This document shows positions 46,883-60,626 of a DNA stretch of 64,000 nt, in pieces. The first letter of the stretch is position 1; every line of letters starts with the position of its first letter. The stretch comes from Erysipelotrichaceae bacterium (GTDB lineage Bacteria; Bacillota_I; Bacilli_A; Erysipelotrichales; Erysipelotrichaceae), in contig WSYG01000004.1 of assembly GCA_009773735.1 (NCBI GenBank), positions 1,932-65,931 on the forward strand, given 5' to 3'. Below the pieces are notes generated by a model, which saw nothing but the letters and a program-made list of their open reading frames with translations, searched no databases and was not told the DNA's origin. A program made the translations under genes and the position numbers.

Positions 46883-48692
46883 TAGTGTCATCACCCTCAA
46901 TGGTTACCAAATTACCGTCAAACAAATCCTTGGCTTTCGCTAAAGACTCATGTTCTTTTTTACTAGACTTTGAACTTTTCGGAAAAAACACCAGGTCTTC
47001 TTTTTCAGGTAGTTTTCCATCATTGCGATATTGAACAAACAAGTCTCTGATTCGTTCAAACTCTTTGATGTTTAATGCATATAGTCGAGTTGACCGACCA
47101 AACACTTTTTCAGTTAGGGCTGATATTGGTTCTATATTGGCAAGTTCGTTGACGGTACTGACTTTAAGTTTATTGTCGAAAGTGACCAAATTAAATTGAT
47201 TTCCACTGGCCTGTATAACAGAATCCAAGACCATATTGGCTGCTTTGGCGTAATTTAGATCTCTGGACAGCTCTTTTACAGCGTCCCAAGATTGAGCATC
47301 TTTGATTCTAAGTTGTTTTTCTCCACTTAAGAGCAACTGTAATATGAAATTATCGCTTAATTCCACATTTTTGGCTCGTTTAGTGGGTTTTGTTTCAGGG
47401 ATATCTAAATCCATTGCTAACGTATCACCTTGGACGATGATTTTGGGTTCAATTGGTCTAGGCGTATTTGTAGGTATCTCAATGATCAAAGTATCGGTCG
47501 CTTTAAATTCAGGTTCAGGTTCCTTGATTGTCTTTTTCACTTCAACATTAGGTTCATTTTGAGCTTTTTTCTCAGATTTTGGAGCTTTTTCTGGCATATT
47601 TTCAGTAATTTTTGGCGAATTCAAATGGCCAATCAATTTTAATAAACCAATTTCAAAGTACGACAAGACATCTGAAGCACTTCTGTATTTTTCGGCAGTC
47701 TCCATTAAATCATCGATCATTCTTAATGCTACCACAGGCGAAATCGCATTAAGCGTCTTGGCTTCATCTACAGTCAGCTTCATTAAGAGTTTTGCATCTT
47801 TGGTGTACGCATAAATAACAGATTCTTTTAAGAGTTCCATCAAATCATTGGTCAAACGACGAATATCAATGTTTTTCTGGGTGATAGATTCGATCTCTTC
47901 CATCAATAACGCAACATTCTGGTGTTGAACAGCAGTTAAAAGCTTAAGTTTATCTTGAGTCGTCGCGATTCCATAGATATCGTTGACATGTTGAGCAGTT
48001 AAATTATCTTCACTGTAGGCAATGACTTGTTCTAAGATGCTTAAAGCATCACGAACCCCGCCATCTGACAATTGGCTGATCAAACGGGTTGCTTCATGAT
48101 CGAATTTTATTTTCTCCGTCGTCAATACTTCTTCGACTCTTGATTGAATGTCTTTTTGACTGACTCGGGTAAAGTCATATCTCTGACATCTGGATATGAT
48201 TGTAGGAAGCACTTTATGTGGTTCAGTGGTCGCCAAAATGAAAATAACATGCGAAGGTGGTTCCTCCAAGGTTTTTAATAAGGCATTAAAGGCTCCTTGA
48301 GACAGCATATGAACTTCATCGATGATATAGACTTTATATTTAGCTTGAAGTGGTGCATATTTAACTTTTTCAATCAATTCTCTGATTTGATCAACCCCAT
48401 TATTACTAGCAGCATCAATTTCTATGACATCAGGATGGTTTCCTTGTTGAATCCCAATACAATTTTCACAACGATTGCATGGTGCTTCACTGGGATTCTC
48501 ACAGTTGACAGATTTCGCGACCAATTTAGCAACGGTTGTCTTCCCTGTTCCTCGTGGTCCGCAAAATAAATACGCATGAGAAACCTTATGCTGATTTAAC
48601 GCATTTTGAAGTGTTTTTACGATATGCCTTTGACCGACAACGGTATCGAAAGAATGTGGTCGATAAGTACGATACAACGCTTTATAGCTCAT
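46872..48692 (-). CDS. dnaX: DNA polymerase III subunit gamma/tau
   Basis: YRPHSFD, Walker A GPRGTGKTT, zinc module CNRCENC, Walker B IIDEVHMLS, SRCQRYDF. Confidence 0.95.
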   Translation of the reverse strand: MSYKALYRTYRPHSFDTVVGQRHIVKTLQNALNQHKVSHAYLFCGPRGTGKTTVAKLVAKSVNCENPSEAPCNRCENCIGIQQGNHPDVIEIDAASNNGVDQIRELIEKVKYAPLQAKYKVYIIDEVHMLSQGAFNALLKTLEEPPSHVIFILATTEPHKVLPTIISRCQRYDFTRVSQKDIQSRVEEVLTTEKIKFDHEATRLISQLSDGGVRDALSILEQVIAYSEDNLTAQHVNDIYGIATTQDKLKLLTAVQHQNVALLMEEIESITQKNIDIRRLTNDLMELLKESVIYAYTKDAKLLMKLTVDEAKTLNAISPVVALRMIDDLMETAEKYRSASDVLSYFEIGLLKLIGHLNSPKITENMPEKAPKSEKKAQNEPNVEVKKTIKEPEPEFKATDTLIIEIPTNTPRPIEPKIIVQGDTLAMDLDIPETKPTKRAKNVELSDNFILQLLLSGEKQLRIKDAQSWDAVKELSRDLNYAKAANMVLDSVIQASGNQFNLVTFDNKLKVSTVNELANIEPISALTEKVFGRSTRLYALNIKEFERIRDLFVQYRNDGKLPEKEDLVFFPKSSKSSKKEHESLAKAKDLFDGNLVTIEGDDTNVS

Positions 48693-48751
48693 AAAACCCC
48701 TTAAGTTTCTGTATTCCTATTATACCAAAATGACACCCTTTTTTATAGGGC

Positions 48752-49210
48752 TCATCCTTGTTTTCTCTTGTTTTTAAAGAAGCTTGTTAGGAGTTGTCCG
48801 CATTCTTCTTTCAATATCCCAGAAATCACCCAAGGCTGGTGATTAAATGCTTTAATTTGAGTCAAATCCATCACCGTCCCCATACATCCACCCTTTGGAT
48901 CGGATGCCCCATATACAATTCCGTCTACCCTAGAGAGTATTGTGGCTCCTGTACACATGGCACACGGCTCAAGTGTTACATAAAGAACACAGCCTTCTAA
49001 ACGCCACGACTTAAGTTTTGCACACGCTTTTTCAATTACCAAAAGTTCCGCATGTGCCGTTGCGATTTGTGTGCTTTCCCGCTTGTTGTGAGCTCGTGCT
49101 ACAACTTTACCATCTTTAATGATGATGGCTCCAACAGGTACTTCTTGTTTTGTTTGAGCTTTCAGCGCTTTTACAAGCGCCAATCGCATGAATTTTTCGT
49201 GCTCGTTCAT
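48752..49210 (-). CDS. tadA: tRNA adenosine(34) deaminase
   Basis: CDA-fold motifs HAELLVI and PCAMC. 152 aa. Confidence 0.9.
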   Translation of the reverse strand: MNEHEKFMRLALVKALKAQTKQEVPVGAIIIKDGKVVARAHNKRESTQIATAHAELLVIEKACAKLKSWRLEGCVLYVTLEPCAMCTGATILSRVDGIVYGASDPKGGCMGTVMDLTQIKAFNHQPWVISGILKEECGQLLTSFFKNKRKQG

Positions 49211-49220
49211 TTAAATAAAA

Positions 49221-49300
49221 GGCTGCCACACATGAAAGAGCCTCTTAAGGCTGCTGTCTTCCGACCCTGACCTGGTTCGAAGGATTCCATTGTGGCAGCA
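49221..49300 (-). ncRNA. ffs: small (4.5S-type) signal recognition particle RNA
   Basis: Minus strand contains ACCAGGUCAGGGUCGGAAGACAGCAGCC, versus E. coli 4.5S ACCAGGUCAGGUCCGGAAGGAAGCAGCC. A terminal helix forms between GCUGCCACA and UGUGGCAGC, followed by UUUUAUUU. Confidence 0.85.
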
Positions 49301-49305
49301 TGTTA

Positions 49306-49334
49306 ATTATACTTAATTTTAAGGCTGATTTCAA
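49306..49334 (-). promoter_or_regulatory. sigma-A promoter for the SRP RNA
   Basis: TTGAAA (49334-49329), a 17-nt spacer, then TATAAT (49311-49306). The predicted start coincides with the 5' end of the SRP RNA helix. Confidence 0.6.
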
Positions 49335-49339
49335 ACTGA

Positions 49340-50707
<1,368 letters not shown>

Positions 50708-50744
50708 CTAGAACGATACAACCCTCGCTATGTTTCACGTGAAA

Positions 50745-52031
50745 CTATTTTTTGGGAATCAACACCGCCTTACCGCCCATATAAGGTCTAAGCGGTTCTG
50801 GAATAGATATTGAACCATCTGCATTAAGGTTGTTTTCCAAAAAAGCAATCAACATGCGTGGAGGTGCAACAACAGTGTTATTGAGAGTATGTGCAAAATA
50901 CTTACATTCTTTACCAGTAACCCGAATCTGTAATCTGCGTGCTTGCGCATCTGTAAGATTTGAGCAACTTCCAACTTCAAAATACTTCTGTTGACGTGGA
51001 CTCCATGCCTCAACATCGACTGATTTGCTTTTCAGATCGGCTAAATCGCCTGAACAGCACTCTAAAACTCTTACCGGAATGTCAAGACTCTTAAAGAATT
51101 CCACGGTTGTCTTATATAAGAATTCAAACCATTTAGGGCTGTCCTCAGGTTTACATACAACGATCATTTCTTGTTTTTCAAATTGATGAATGCGATAAAC
51201 ACCGCGTTCTTCTATCCCATGAGCCCCAACTTCTTTTCTAAAACAAGGCGAATAGGATGTATATGTATAAGGAAGTTGGTCTTCTTCAAGGATTGTGTCA
51301 ATAAATTTTCCAATCATCGAATGTTCGCTGGTTCCAATCAAATAAAGATCCTCGCCTTCAATCTTATACATCATGTTTTCCATTTCAGAAAAACTCATGA
51401 CCCCTGTCACCACATCAGAGCGAATCATAAATGGTGGGATTACATAGGTAAAGCCCTTATCGATCATAAAATCTCGGGCAAAACTTAAAACAGCGGAATG
51501 CAAACGCGCAACATCGCCAATGAGGTAATAAAAACCGTTCCCACTGACCTTTCGTGCTGCATCTAAGTCTACTCCAGCCAAACTTTCCATGATATCGATG
51601 TGATAAGGGACATCAAAAGGTTTGGTTGTCGCTTCTCCGACACGATATCGCTCAACATTTTCACTGTCATCTTTGCCAAGTGGAACAGTTGGATCGATTA
51701 AATTAGGAATCTGCATCATTCTTTGCCTGATTTGATCCAATAAAGGTTCTTCGCTGGACTCTAAATCAGCCAGTTCTTGAGCCATGGTCGAAACTTGAGC
51801 TTTAATCAACTCAGCTTCCTCTTTTTTGCCTTGCCCCATCAACATGCCAATCTTTTTACTGAGGGCATTGCGTTGTGCACGCAGATCATCAGCTTTCGTT
51901 TTGGTCTGACGATAGGTCAAATCTAAAGCAACCACCTCATCTACCAGGTTTAACTTGTGATCTTGGAACTTCTTTCGCATGTTTTCCTTGACCAAATCGG
52001 AATTCTTACGCACTACATTGATGTCGAGCAT
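50745..52031 (-). CDS. serS: serine--tRNA ligase
   Basis: N-terminal coiled coil (MLDINVVRKN...), class II motifs FRKEVGAHG and TLNNTVVAPPRMLIAFLE. Confidence 0.95.
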   Translation of the reverse strand: MLDINVVRKNSDLVKENMRKKFQDHKLNLVDEVVALDLTYRQTKTKADDLRAQRNALSKKIGMLMGQGKKEEAELIKAQVSTMAQELADLESSEEPLLDQIRQRMMQIPNLIDPTVPLGKDDSENVERYRVGEATTKPFDVPYHIDIMESLAGVDLDAARKVSGNGFYYLIGDVARLHSAVLSFARDFMIDKGFTYVIPPFMIRSDVVTGVMSFSEMENMMYKIEGEDLYLIGTSEHSMIGKFIDTILEEDQLPYTYTSYSPCFRKEVGAHGIEERGVYRIHQFEKQEMIVVCKPEDSPKWFEFLYKTTVEFFKSLDIPVRVLECCSGDLADLKSKSVDVEAWSPRQQKYFEVGSCSNLTDAQARRLQIRVTGKECKYFAHTLNNTVVAPPRMLIAFLENNLNADGSISIPEPLRPYMGGKAVLIPKK

Positions 52032-52050
52032 CGTTTTTCCTCCTTAAAAT

Positions 52051-52253
52051 AAAAAAAGTCCTGTAAGGGACGAAGATCGTGTTGCCACCCTTGTTGAACG
52101 TTTCACGTGAAACATTCCACTCGATAGAGATAACGGTCTTGCCCGGAAAGGATTAGTTTCACTCAGGGGTGGAAATAAGGTTGTCTTCATACCTTTCACC
52201 AAAACGGTATTTCTCTACCAAAAACACGCCTTTTAATTCCCCTGTTTGTTTAT
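52051..52253 (-). promoter_or_regulatory. T-box riboswitch leader (Ser specifier candidate UCC)
   Basis: Minus strand has the T-box sequence AACAAGGGUGGCAACACG, a Stem I closing helix CAGGGG...CCCCUG with UCC-A immediately 5' of the closing strand (UCC = reverse complement of 52171-52173), a GGUAGAGAAAUACC element, a small stem III hairpin, and a terminal U7 run. The terminator stem is short (GUCC/GGAC). Confidence 0.8.
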
Positions 52254-52259
52254 GTCTTT

Positions 52260-52288
52260 ATTGTAGAGAGGTTATCAGACACTGTCAA
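52260..52288 (-). promoter_or_regulatory. sigma-A promoter for the serS T-box leader
   Basis: TTGACA (52288-52283), a 17-nt spacer, then TACAAT (52265-52260). Confidence 0.6.
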
Positions 52289-52289
52289 G

Positions 52290-53882
52290 TCAACCCCTTA
52301 GTGTTTTGTTAAACTCAAAAAACTTAGTATCTTCTTTGACGATATGTTCAGCCACGATCTTAACACTTACGAAATTGAAGAAAGCTGCGAGATTTGTTTC
52401 TCCAGTTTTTAATTGTAGACGCAATTGATCATACTCAATCACTAATTTTTCATGAATCTTCATATGTTCTTCAAGCAAAGGAAATCCTTTTTTCTTCATT
52501 AAATCAGATTCATAGATGAAATGATCGCGTAGATCTACAAGTACCTGATCTAATATTTGATCTAGACTCGAAACCGATTCTGAAGAAATCAATCTGTTGT
52601 ACAATTCATTGCTAAGATTCACTAACCCTTTATGTTGAACATCCAAATCTTCAACACCACTATTTAAGGAGTCGTTCCATACCAATTTTGCGATTGTGAT
52701 TGGTAACGCCTCTGAATTGGGCCAAGCTTCAAATCGGTTACGACCGGCTTGTTTAGCTTTATACAGAGTTAAATCAACCCGTTTGAACCAATCTTCTTTA
52801 GTTTCATGTAAAAAATGCTGTGCACAACCGATGCTGGCACTTAGTTTCTTGATTTCTAAAAGCTGAACTGTTGAAAGTTGATCAAGGATACGTTGGGCTA
52901 ATCGAGAAGCACCAAGAAGATCAGTTTGTGGGGCTAAGATCAAGAATTCATCACCACCCCATCGATAGATACGATCATCTAATCGTAAAGTGCTGGAGAT
53001 AATTTTTGCAGTCGTTGTCAAAACCTGATCTCCAACATCGTGCCCAAATTGATCATTTATTTCTTTGAAGTGATCCAAATCTACCAGAAGAAGCGAAACT
53101 TCCAGTCCTTGGCGATTACCAAGCTCAATATAATCAACCATATCAATTTCCAATCGAGTACGATTGTTGAGTTTGGTCAAAGGATCCAACATTGCCAGAC
53201 TTTCCATTGATTTAGTTTTTGATTTTAAATGCGTCACCATTGAGTTTGAATCCAGCAGTAAAGATCCTGTAATCCAAAAATTGAAGATAAAAATAATGAA
53301 GAATCCTGAATTATAGGAAGAAGAAATCATGTTTTGGGCAAAGTCATTTTGGAAATTGTTGATAAATACAAAAATCCATCTAAAGGTTAATACAAAAATC
53401 AGTAAGCACATAACCACTAAAATAGAGCGCTTAACAGACTTCGTCTCGTTATTAATGACCGCTCTGGTATCATAAAGCCCATCAGCAATAAAGAGAATCG
53501 AAAAGAAAGTCATGACACTGATACGTCCTAGATAAGAAGGAATCATTTGAGTAAATACCCAAATCAACAATCCACTAATCAACAAATAGATCAAAAATCT
53601 ATAAGAAAAGGAACCCATCCTATAATAAGCTCTAAATCCTCCTATGATCAGCATCATGGCACATTGAAACAGAACATTATATATAACAACTATCGGGACC
53701 GAAGGTGCATCTAAAGACATATGTAAAACTATGAAAGCCAGCAGTGAACATATTAAGGCAAAACCCATCAATAAATGCATGTTGTGTCGGCGAATATAAT
53801 ACACAAAAAATGTGGTCAATGTATATACCACCATCAATACTTCAACAATAATCAAAAAAGTTCTTATATCAAGTTCAAACAT
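52290..53882 (-). CDS. membrane-bound diguanylate cyclase with C-terminal hemerythrin-like domain
   Basis: About 210 aa of TM helices, then a GGDEF domain (RWGGDEFLIL, with upstream DLDHFKEINDQFGHDVGD), then a hemerythrin ligand pattern: DVQH, HFIYE (HxxxE), HMKIH (HxxxH), HIVKED (HxxxxD). Confidence 0.8.
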   Translation of the reverse strand: MFELDIRTFLIIVEVLMVVYTLTTFFVYYIRRHNMHLLMGFALICSLLAFIVLHMSLDAPSVPIVVIYNVLFQCAMMLIIGGFRAYYRMGSFSYRFLIYLLISGLLIWVFTQMIPSYLGRISVMTFFSILFIADGLYDTRAVINNETKSVKRSILVVMCLLIFVLTFRWIFVFINNFQNDFAQNMISSSYNSGFFIIFIFNFWITGSLLLDSNSMVTHLKSKTKSMESLAMLDPLTKLNNRTRLEIDMVDYIELGNRQGLEVSLLLVDLDHFKEINDQFGHDVGDQVLTTTAKIISSTLRLDDRIYRWGGDEFLILAPQTDLLGASRLAQRILDQLSTVQLLEIKKLSASIGCAQHFLHETKEDWFKRVDLTLYKAKQAGRNRFEAWPNSEALPITIAKLVWNDSLNSGVEDLDVQHKGLVNLSNELYNRLISSESVSSLDQILDQVLVDLRDHFIYESDLMKKKGFPLLEEHMKIHEKLVIEYDQLRLQLKTGETNLAAFFNFVSVKIVAEHIVKEDTKFFEFNKTLRG

Positions 53883-53915
53883 ACACCTATATTACAATAC
53901 AAATCATGTTTTAAG

Positions 53916-53941
53916 AAAAAAAAGACAGCTTATTCGCCGTC
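53916..53941 (-). terminator. intrinsic terminator after gyrA
   Basis: GACGGC-GAAUAA-GCUGUC (one G.U pair) followed by U8 on the minus strand. The gyrA stop codon lies in the loop. Confidence 0.55.
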
Positions 53942-56374
53942 TTCAATGCTTTCTTTTTCAATAACTGCCGCCATAGATAAGGAACTACCCTCATTGACAC
54001 TGATCATTCGTACACCTTGAGTATCGCGTCCATAGACACCGACGTTTTCAAGCGAGATACGTATGATGGTTCCGGTATCCGTCACCATCAACAAGTCTTC
54101 ATCACCAACAACAGCCTTTACTACGACCAATGGACCATTCTTATCGGTAATATTGATGGTTTTGACACCTTTGGCACCACGATTGGTTAAACGATAATCC
54201 GTTAAGAGCGTTTTCTTTCCATATCCGTTTTGAGTAACAGAGAGAATATAGTGGCCTTCTTTATCTGTCGCCATGCCTACGACATCACTGCCGTCGGCAT
54301 TAAAGCCTTTGACTCCAGCTGCATTTCTTCCCATTGGGCGAACATCATCTTCACTGAAGCGAACCGCTTTACCATTGGTTCCAGCAATGATGATTTCATC
54401 GATTCCACTGGTGGCTTTGACCGCAATCAGTTCATCCCCTTCGTTCAAACCAATCGCAATCTTACCCGATTGTCTGATCGAATCAAATTCCTCAGCTGCA
54501 ACACGTTTAACCAAACCTTTTCTAGTGACAAAGAACAGGTATTTTCCATCATGTTCAGGCGTTAGTGCTACTAAAGCTCTAACTTTTTCATTTTTATCTA
54601 AGTTTAATAGATTTTGAACAGGCAATCCTTTCGCAATACGACTGGCAGAAGGAACTCGATATCCTTTGATGCGGTAAACCTTACCAAAATTGGTAAATAG
54701 CATCAATTGATCATGGGTAGACATGGTCAAAAACTGATCAACAACGTCTTCTTCATTGACCGTCATCCCTCTTATGCCTTTTCCTCCGCGATTTTGTGTG
54801 CGATAGGTGTAGACTGGAGTACGTTTGATGTATCCGTTGACCGTCATCGTCATGATGATGTCTTCTCGTGGAATCAAATCTTCATCTTCAATGTCCGTAT
54901 CTGCTTCCACGATTTCAGATCGACGTTTATCGTTGAAACGATCTTTGATTTCGGTCAATTCTGTTCTAATGATGCCTACCAATCTTGGTTGATTGGATAA
55001 AATATCTAAGAAATCAGCAATCGCCAACACCAAAGCTTGGTATTCATCTTCGATTTTTGTTCTTTCAAGCCCAACCAAACGACGTAAACGCATCTCAAGG
55101 ATGGCTTTGGCTTGGATTTCAGTCAAAGCAAACTCGCTCATCAACCCATTCATGGCCTCATCATCATTATTTGAAGAACGAATCAAGGTGATAATGCGAT
55201 CGATATTGTCTAAGGCAATACGTAATCCTTCTAAAATATGGGCTCTTTCTCTGGCTTTATTCAGATCGTATTGAGTACGTCTGCGAATGACGACTTCCTG
55301 GTGATCGATATAGTGCTGAAGGATTTCCTTCAAGCTCAATTGTTTTGGATTATTATTGACCAAAGCCAACATATTGACCCCAAATGAGGTCTGTAGAGCA
55401 GTCATTCGATACAATTGATTTAAAATGACCTCGCTTTGGACATCTTTTCTAAGTTCTATGACAATTCTGATTCCGCCTCTTTCTGAAGATTCATCTCTTA
55501 GATCGGTGATCCCTTCGATGTCTTTTTCAGTCGCCAATACAGCGATTTTTTTGATAAGTTCAGACTTATTGACTTGATATGGGATCTCTGTGACGATCAA
55601 CTGATGTTTCCCATTGGACATTTCCTCAGTTTCTACGCGAGATCTGACAAGTATCGATCCTCTACCTGTTTCATAGGCCTGTTTGATGCCTGAACGGCCT
55701 AAAATAAGGGCGCCTGTAGGAAAATCAGGTCCTGATATGTAGTTTTCTAAGAGTTCCATGATGGTGATTTCAGGGTTATCCATGATCGCAATGGTTGCGT
55801 CGATGACTTCACCCAAGTTGTGTGGTGGAATATTGGTGGCCATCCCAACCGCGATTCCAGTTGAACCATTAACCAACAAGTTAGGAAAACGCGCAGGCAT
55901 GACCAACGGTTCTCTTTCTTCTCCATCATAGTTATCCACATAATCAATGGTATCTTTTTTAATGTCTCTTACCATTTCCATGGCGATTTTAGACATTCTG
56001 GCTTCGGTATAACGCATGGCCGCAGCAGAATCTCCGTCAATATTCCCAAAGTTACCGTGTCCATCGATCAACATATAGCGATAAGAGAAATCTTGAGCCA
56101 TACGTACCATCGCATCATAAACCGAACCTTCTCCGTGAGGATGGTATTTACCGATGACTTCCCCGGCAATACGGGCTGATTTCTTATGCGCTTGTTCAGA
56201 AGTGATGCCTAAATCATTCATCGCATATAAAATACGACGATGAACAGGTTTTAAGCCATCTCTAACGTCAGGTAAAGCTCTAGCAACAATAACACTCATG
56301 GCATAATCTAAGAATGAGGTCTTCATTTCAGAGGCGATATTGACTTGTCTGATTTTATCGTGTTGTTCAGTCAT
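53930..56374 (-). CDS. gyrA: DNA gyrase subunit A
   Basis: [17 protein letters not shown], the AAMRYTE active-site Tyr region, and a C-terminal beta-pinwheel. Confidence 0.97.
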   Translation of the reverse strand: MTEQHDKIRQVNIASEMKTSFLDYAMSVIVARALPDVRDGLKPVHRRILYAMNDLGITSEQAHKKSARIAGEVIGKYHPHGEGSVYDAMVRMAQDFSYRYMLIDGHGNFGNIDGDSAAAMRYTEARMSKIAMEMVRDIKKDTIDYVDNYDGEEREPLVMPARFPNLLVNGSTGIAVGMATNIPPHNLGEVIDATIAIMDNPEITIMELLENYISGPDFPTGALILGRSGIKQAYETGRGSILVRSRVETEEMSNGKHQLIVTEIPYQVNKSELIKKIAVLATEKDIEGITDLRDESSERGGIRIVIELRKDVQSEVILNQLYRMTALQTSFGVNMLALVNNNPKQLSLKEILQHYIDHQEVVIRRRTQYDLNKARERAHILEGLRIALDNIDRIITLIRSSNNDDEAMNGLMSEFALTEIQAKAILEMRLRRLVGLERTKIEDEYQALVLAIADFLDILSNQPRLVGIIRTELTEIKDRFNDKRRSEIVEADTDIEDEDLIPREDIIMTMTVNGYIKRTPVYTYRTQNRGGKGIRGMTVNEEDVVDQFLTMSTHDQLMLFTNFGKVYRIKGYRVPSASRIAKGLPVQNLLNLDKNEKVRALVALTPEHDGKYLFFVTRKGLVKRVAAEEFDSIRQSGKIAIGLNEGDELIAVKATSGIDEIIIAGTNGKAVRFSEDDVRPMGRNAAGVKGFNADGSDVVGMATDKEGHYILSVTQNGYGKKTLLTDYRLTNRGAKGVKTINITDKNGPLVVVKAVVGDEDLLMVTDTGTIIRISLENVGVYGRDTQGVRMISVNEGSSLSMAAVIEKESIEDGE

Positions 56375-56383
56375 GGGATCCTC

Positions 56384-59384
<3,001 letters not shown>

Positions 59385-59388
<4 letters not shown>

Positions 59389-59588
59389 TGACCGATAGAG
59401 TACGTTTTATCTTCGATGATGACGGTGTCACCAGGGTAGATCTTACGACCACGGCGATCATCAGGGAGGCCGTTGATCAAGATTTTTAAGGTCTTGACTG
59501 CGCTCTTGGCTTCACCGCCAGAAGCGATCCAATCCGTCAATTTTAACAGTTGTCCAAGGGTAATATACGGACTGGTTAGTTTGATCAT
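59385..59588 (-). CDS. yaaA: S4-domain RNA-binding protein YaaA
   Basis: 67 aa: ITLGQLLKL...SGGEAK...INGL...RRGRKIYPGD. Canonical position upstream of recF. Confidence 0.8.
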
Positions 59589-59630
59589 AAAGCCTTCCTT
59601 CTTTCAGAATACTCCTGTTTAATTATACCA

Positions 59631-59656
59631 TAAAAACACCCTGTTTGACAGGGTGT
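59631..59656 (-). terminator. intrinsic terminator after the cvpA-like gene
   Basis: ACACCCUG-UCAAA-CAGGGUGU followed by UUUUUA on the minus strand. Confidence 0.65.
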
Positions 59657-59683
59657 AGGGGGCTTTAAATCGTTGTTTTACAC

Positions 59684-60508
59684 TTATTGGTATTGATCCA
59701 TCAAAGCCTTGATTTGTGCGTCTGTGAAGCCTAAATCCTTCATCCAAGATTTGATTTGATCAGGGGTTATGTCATTTTCTTCAGCGTAGTTTTTTAAGAC
59801 TTCGAGGTCATCTTCAGTGACTTCTTCTTTCTTCACAAACTTCAAAGCTACTACAGTTACATCCTCAGGAAAACCCATTTCTTGCAGGGTATTTTCAATA
59901 ACCACATAATCCTCTTCTTCTAAAGGTTCTCCTTCACTGATCTTATCCACAAGCTCAATCGTGGGGTTATCTTCAATGAATCCAGAGATAAGGCTAGACG
60001 CTACAGGAGCCAATGGAGAAGCGACTGTGGCCTTCAAAATGGTCGTGCCATTAGAAAACACAGGGACACTGAGGGTCAATGCCAACATCAATGCAACAAA
60101 GAACACAGGGATGATTGAAAAGACTGCTCCCCCGATACGATCCACCAACACTTTATGCTTGTATCGAAGCACCTTTTTGATCAACAAGCCTTTAAAGACA
60201 AATCCAATGATCATGATGACGATGACGATGATGATCGTCCATATGATTTGATCGATCAACGCGACAATAATTCCACCAAAAAACGGGATATCATTGAAGT
60301 TGATGCTTGAAGATGCTAAAGAATATTCTTTCGCTAAAGAGGGGGAAATTGACCATCCAACAATGATCCCTAAACCTAAGATTAGAAGATCATAAGCTTG
60401 CGAAATAAACCCTTTTAAATAACCAATTAAACCCAGTATGACAATCAAAGCAATCAACGTAATATTTATGATGTTGATGAGATTTACAGGCAGCATCACC
60501 GTTTCCAC
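59684..60508 (-). CDS. CvpA-family membrane protein with acidic C-terminal extension
   Basis: N-terminal 4-TM CvpA-like region (NIINITLIALIVILGLIGYLKGFISQ...). The C-terminal ~90 aa carry two MGF/LGF helical modules: LQEMGFPEDVTVVALKF and MKDLGFTDAQIKALMDQY. Confidence 0.65.
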   Translation of the reverse strand: METVMLPVNLINIINITLIALIVILGLIGYLKGFISQAYDLLILGLGIIVGWSISPSLAKEYSLASSSINFNDIPFFGGIIVALIDQIIWTIIIVIVIMIIGFVFKGLLIKKVLRYKHKVLVDRIGGAVFSIIPVFFVALMLALTLSVPVFSNGTTILKATVASPLAPVASSLISGFIEDNPTIELVDKISEGEPLEEEDYVVIENTLQEMGFPEDVTVVALKFVKKEEVTEDDLEVLKNYAEENDITPDQIKSWMKDLGFTDAQIKALMDQYQ

Positions 60509-60583
60509 TAGGTGTCCTCCTTAGTTTGGGCAAGCATAAAAATCACTTTCCCTCTCTATATTCATTTGCGAAAAGTATAGCAC

Positions 60584-60608
60584 AAAAAAGCCCTTTATTA
60601 CAGGGCTT
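60584..60608 (-). terminator. intrinsic terminator after dnaN
   Basis: AAGCCCU-GUAAUAA-AGGGCUU followed by UUUUU on the minus strand. Confidence 0.65.
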
Positions 60609-60626
60609 AAACGTTTATTTCTACGA

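Noticed and set aside
47560-47580. A-run GAG AAA AAA GCU in dnaX as a possible programmed -1 frameshift site producing a gamma subunit
   Set aside because: The A-run is not in the X XXY YYZ register used in E. coli (A AAA AAG). I saw no downstream stem-loop or nearby -1 frame stop that would support it.
54230-55274. Several 68-114-aa plus-strand ORFs inside gyrA (54230-54565, 54273-54617, 54707-55000, 54985-55191, 54993-55274)
   Set aside because: They lie antisense to a highly conserved, clearly coding gene. They have no RBS and a low-complexity composition. These are shadow ORFs.
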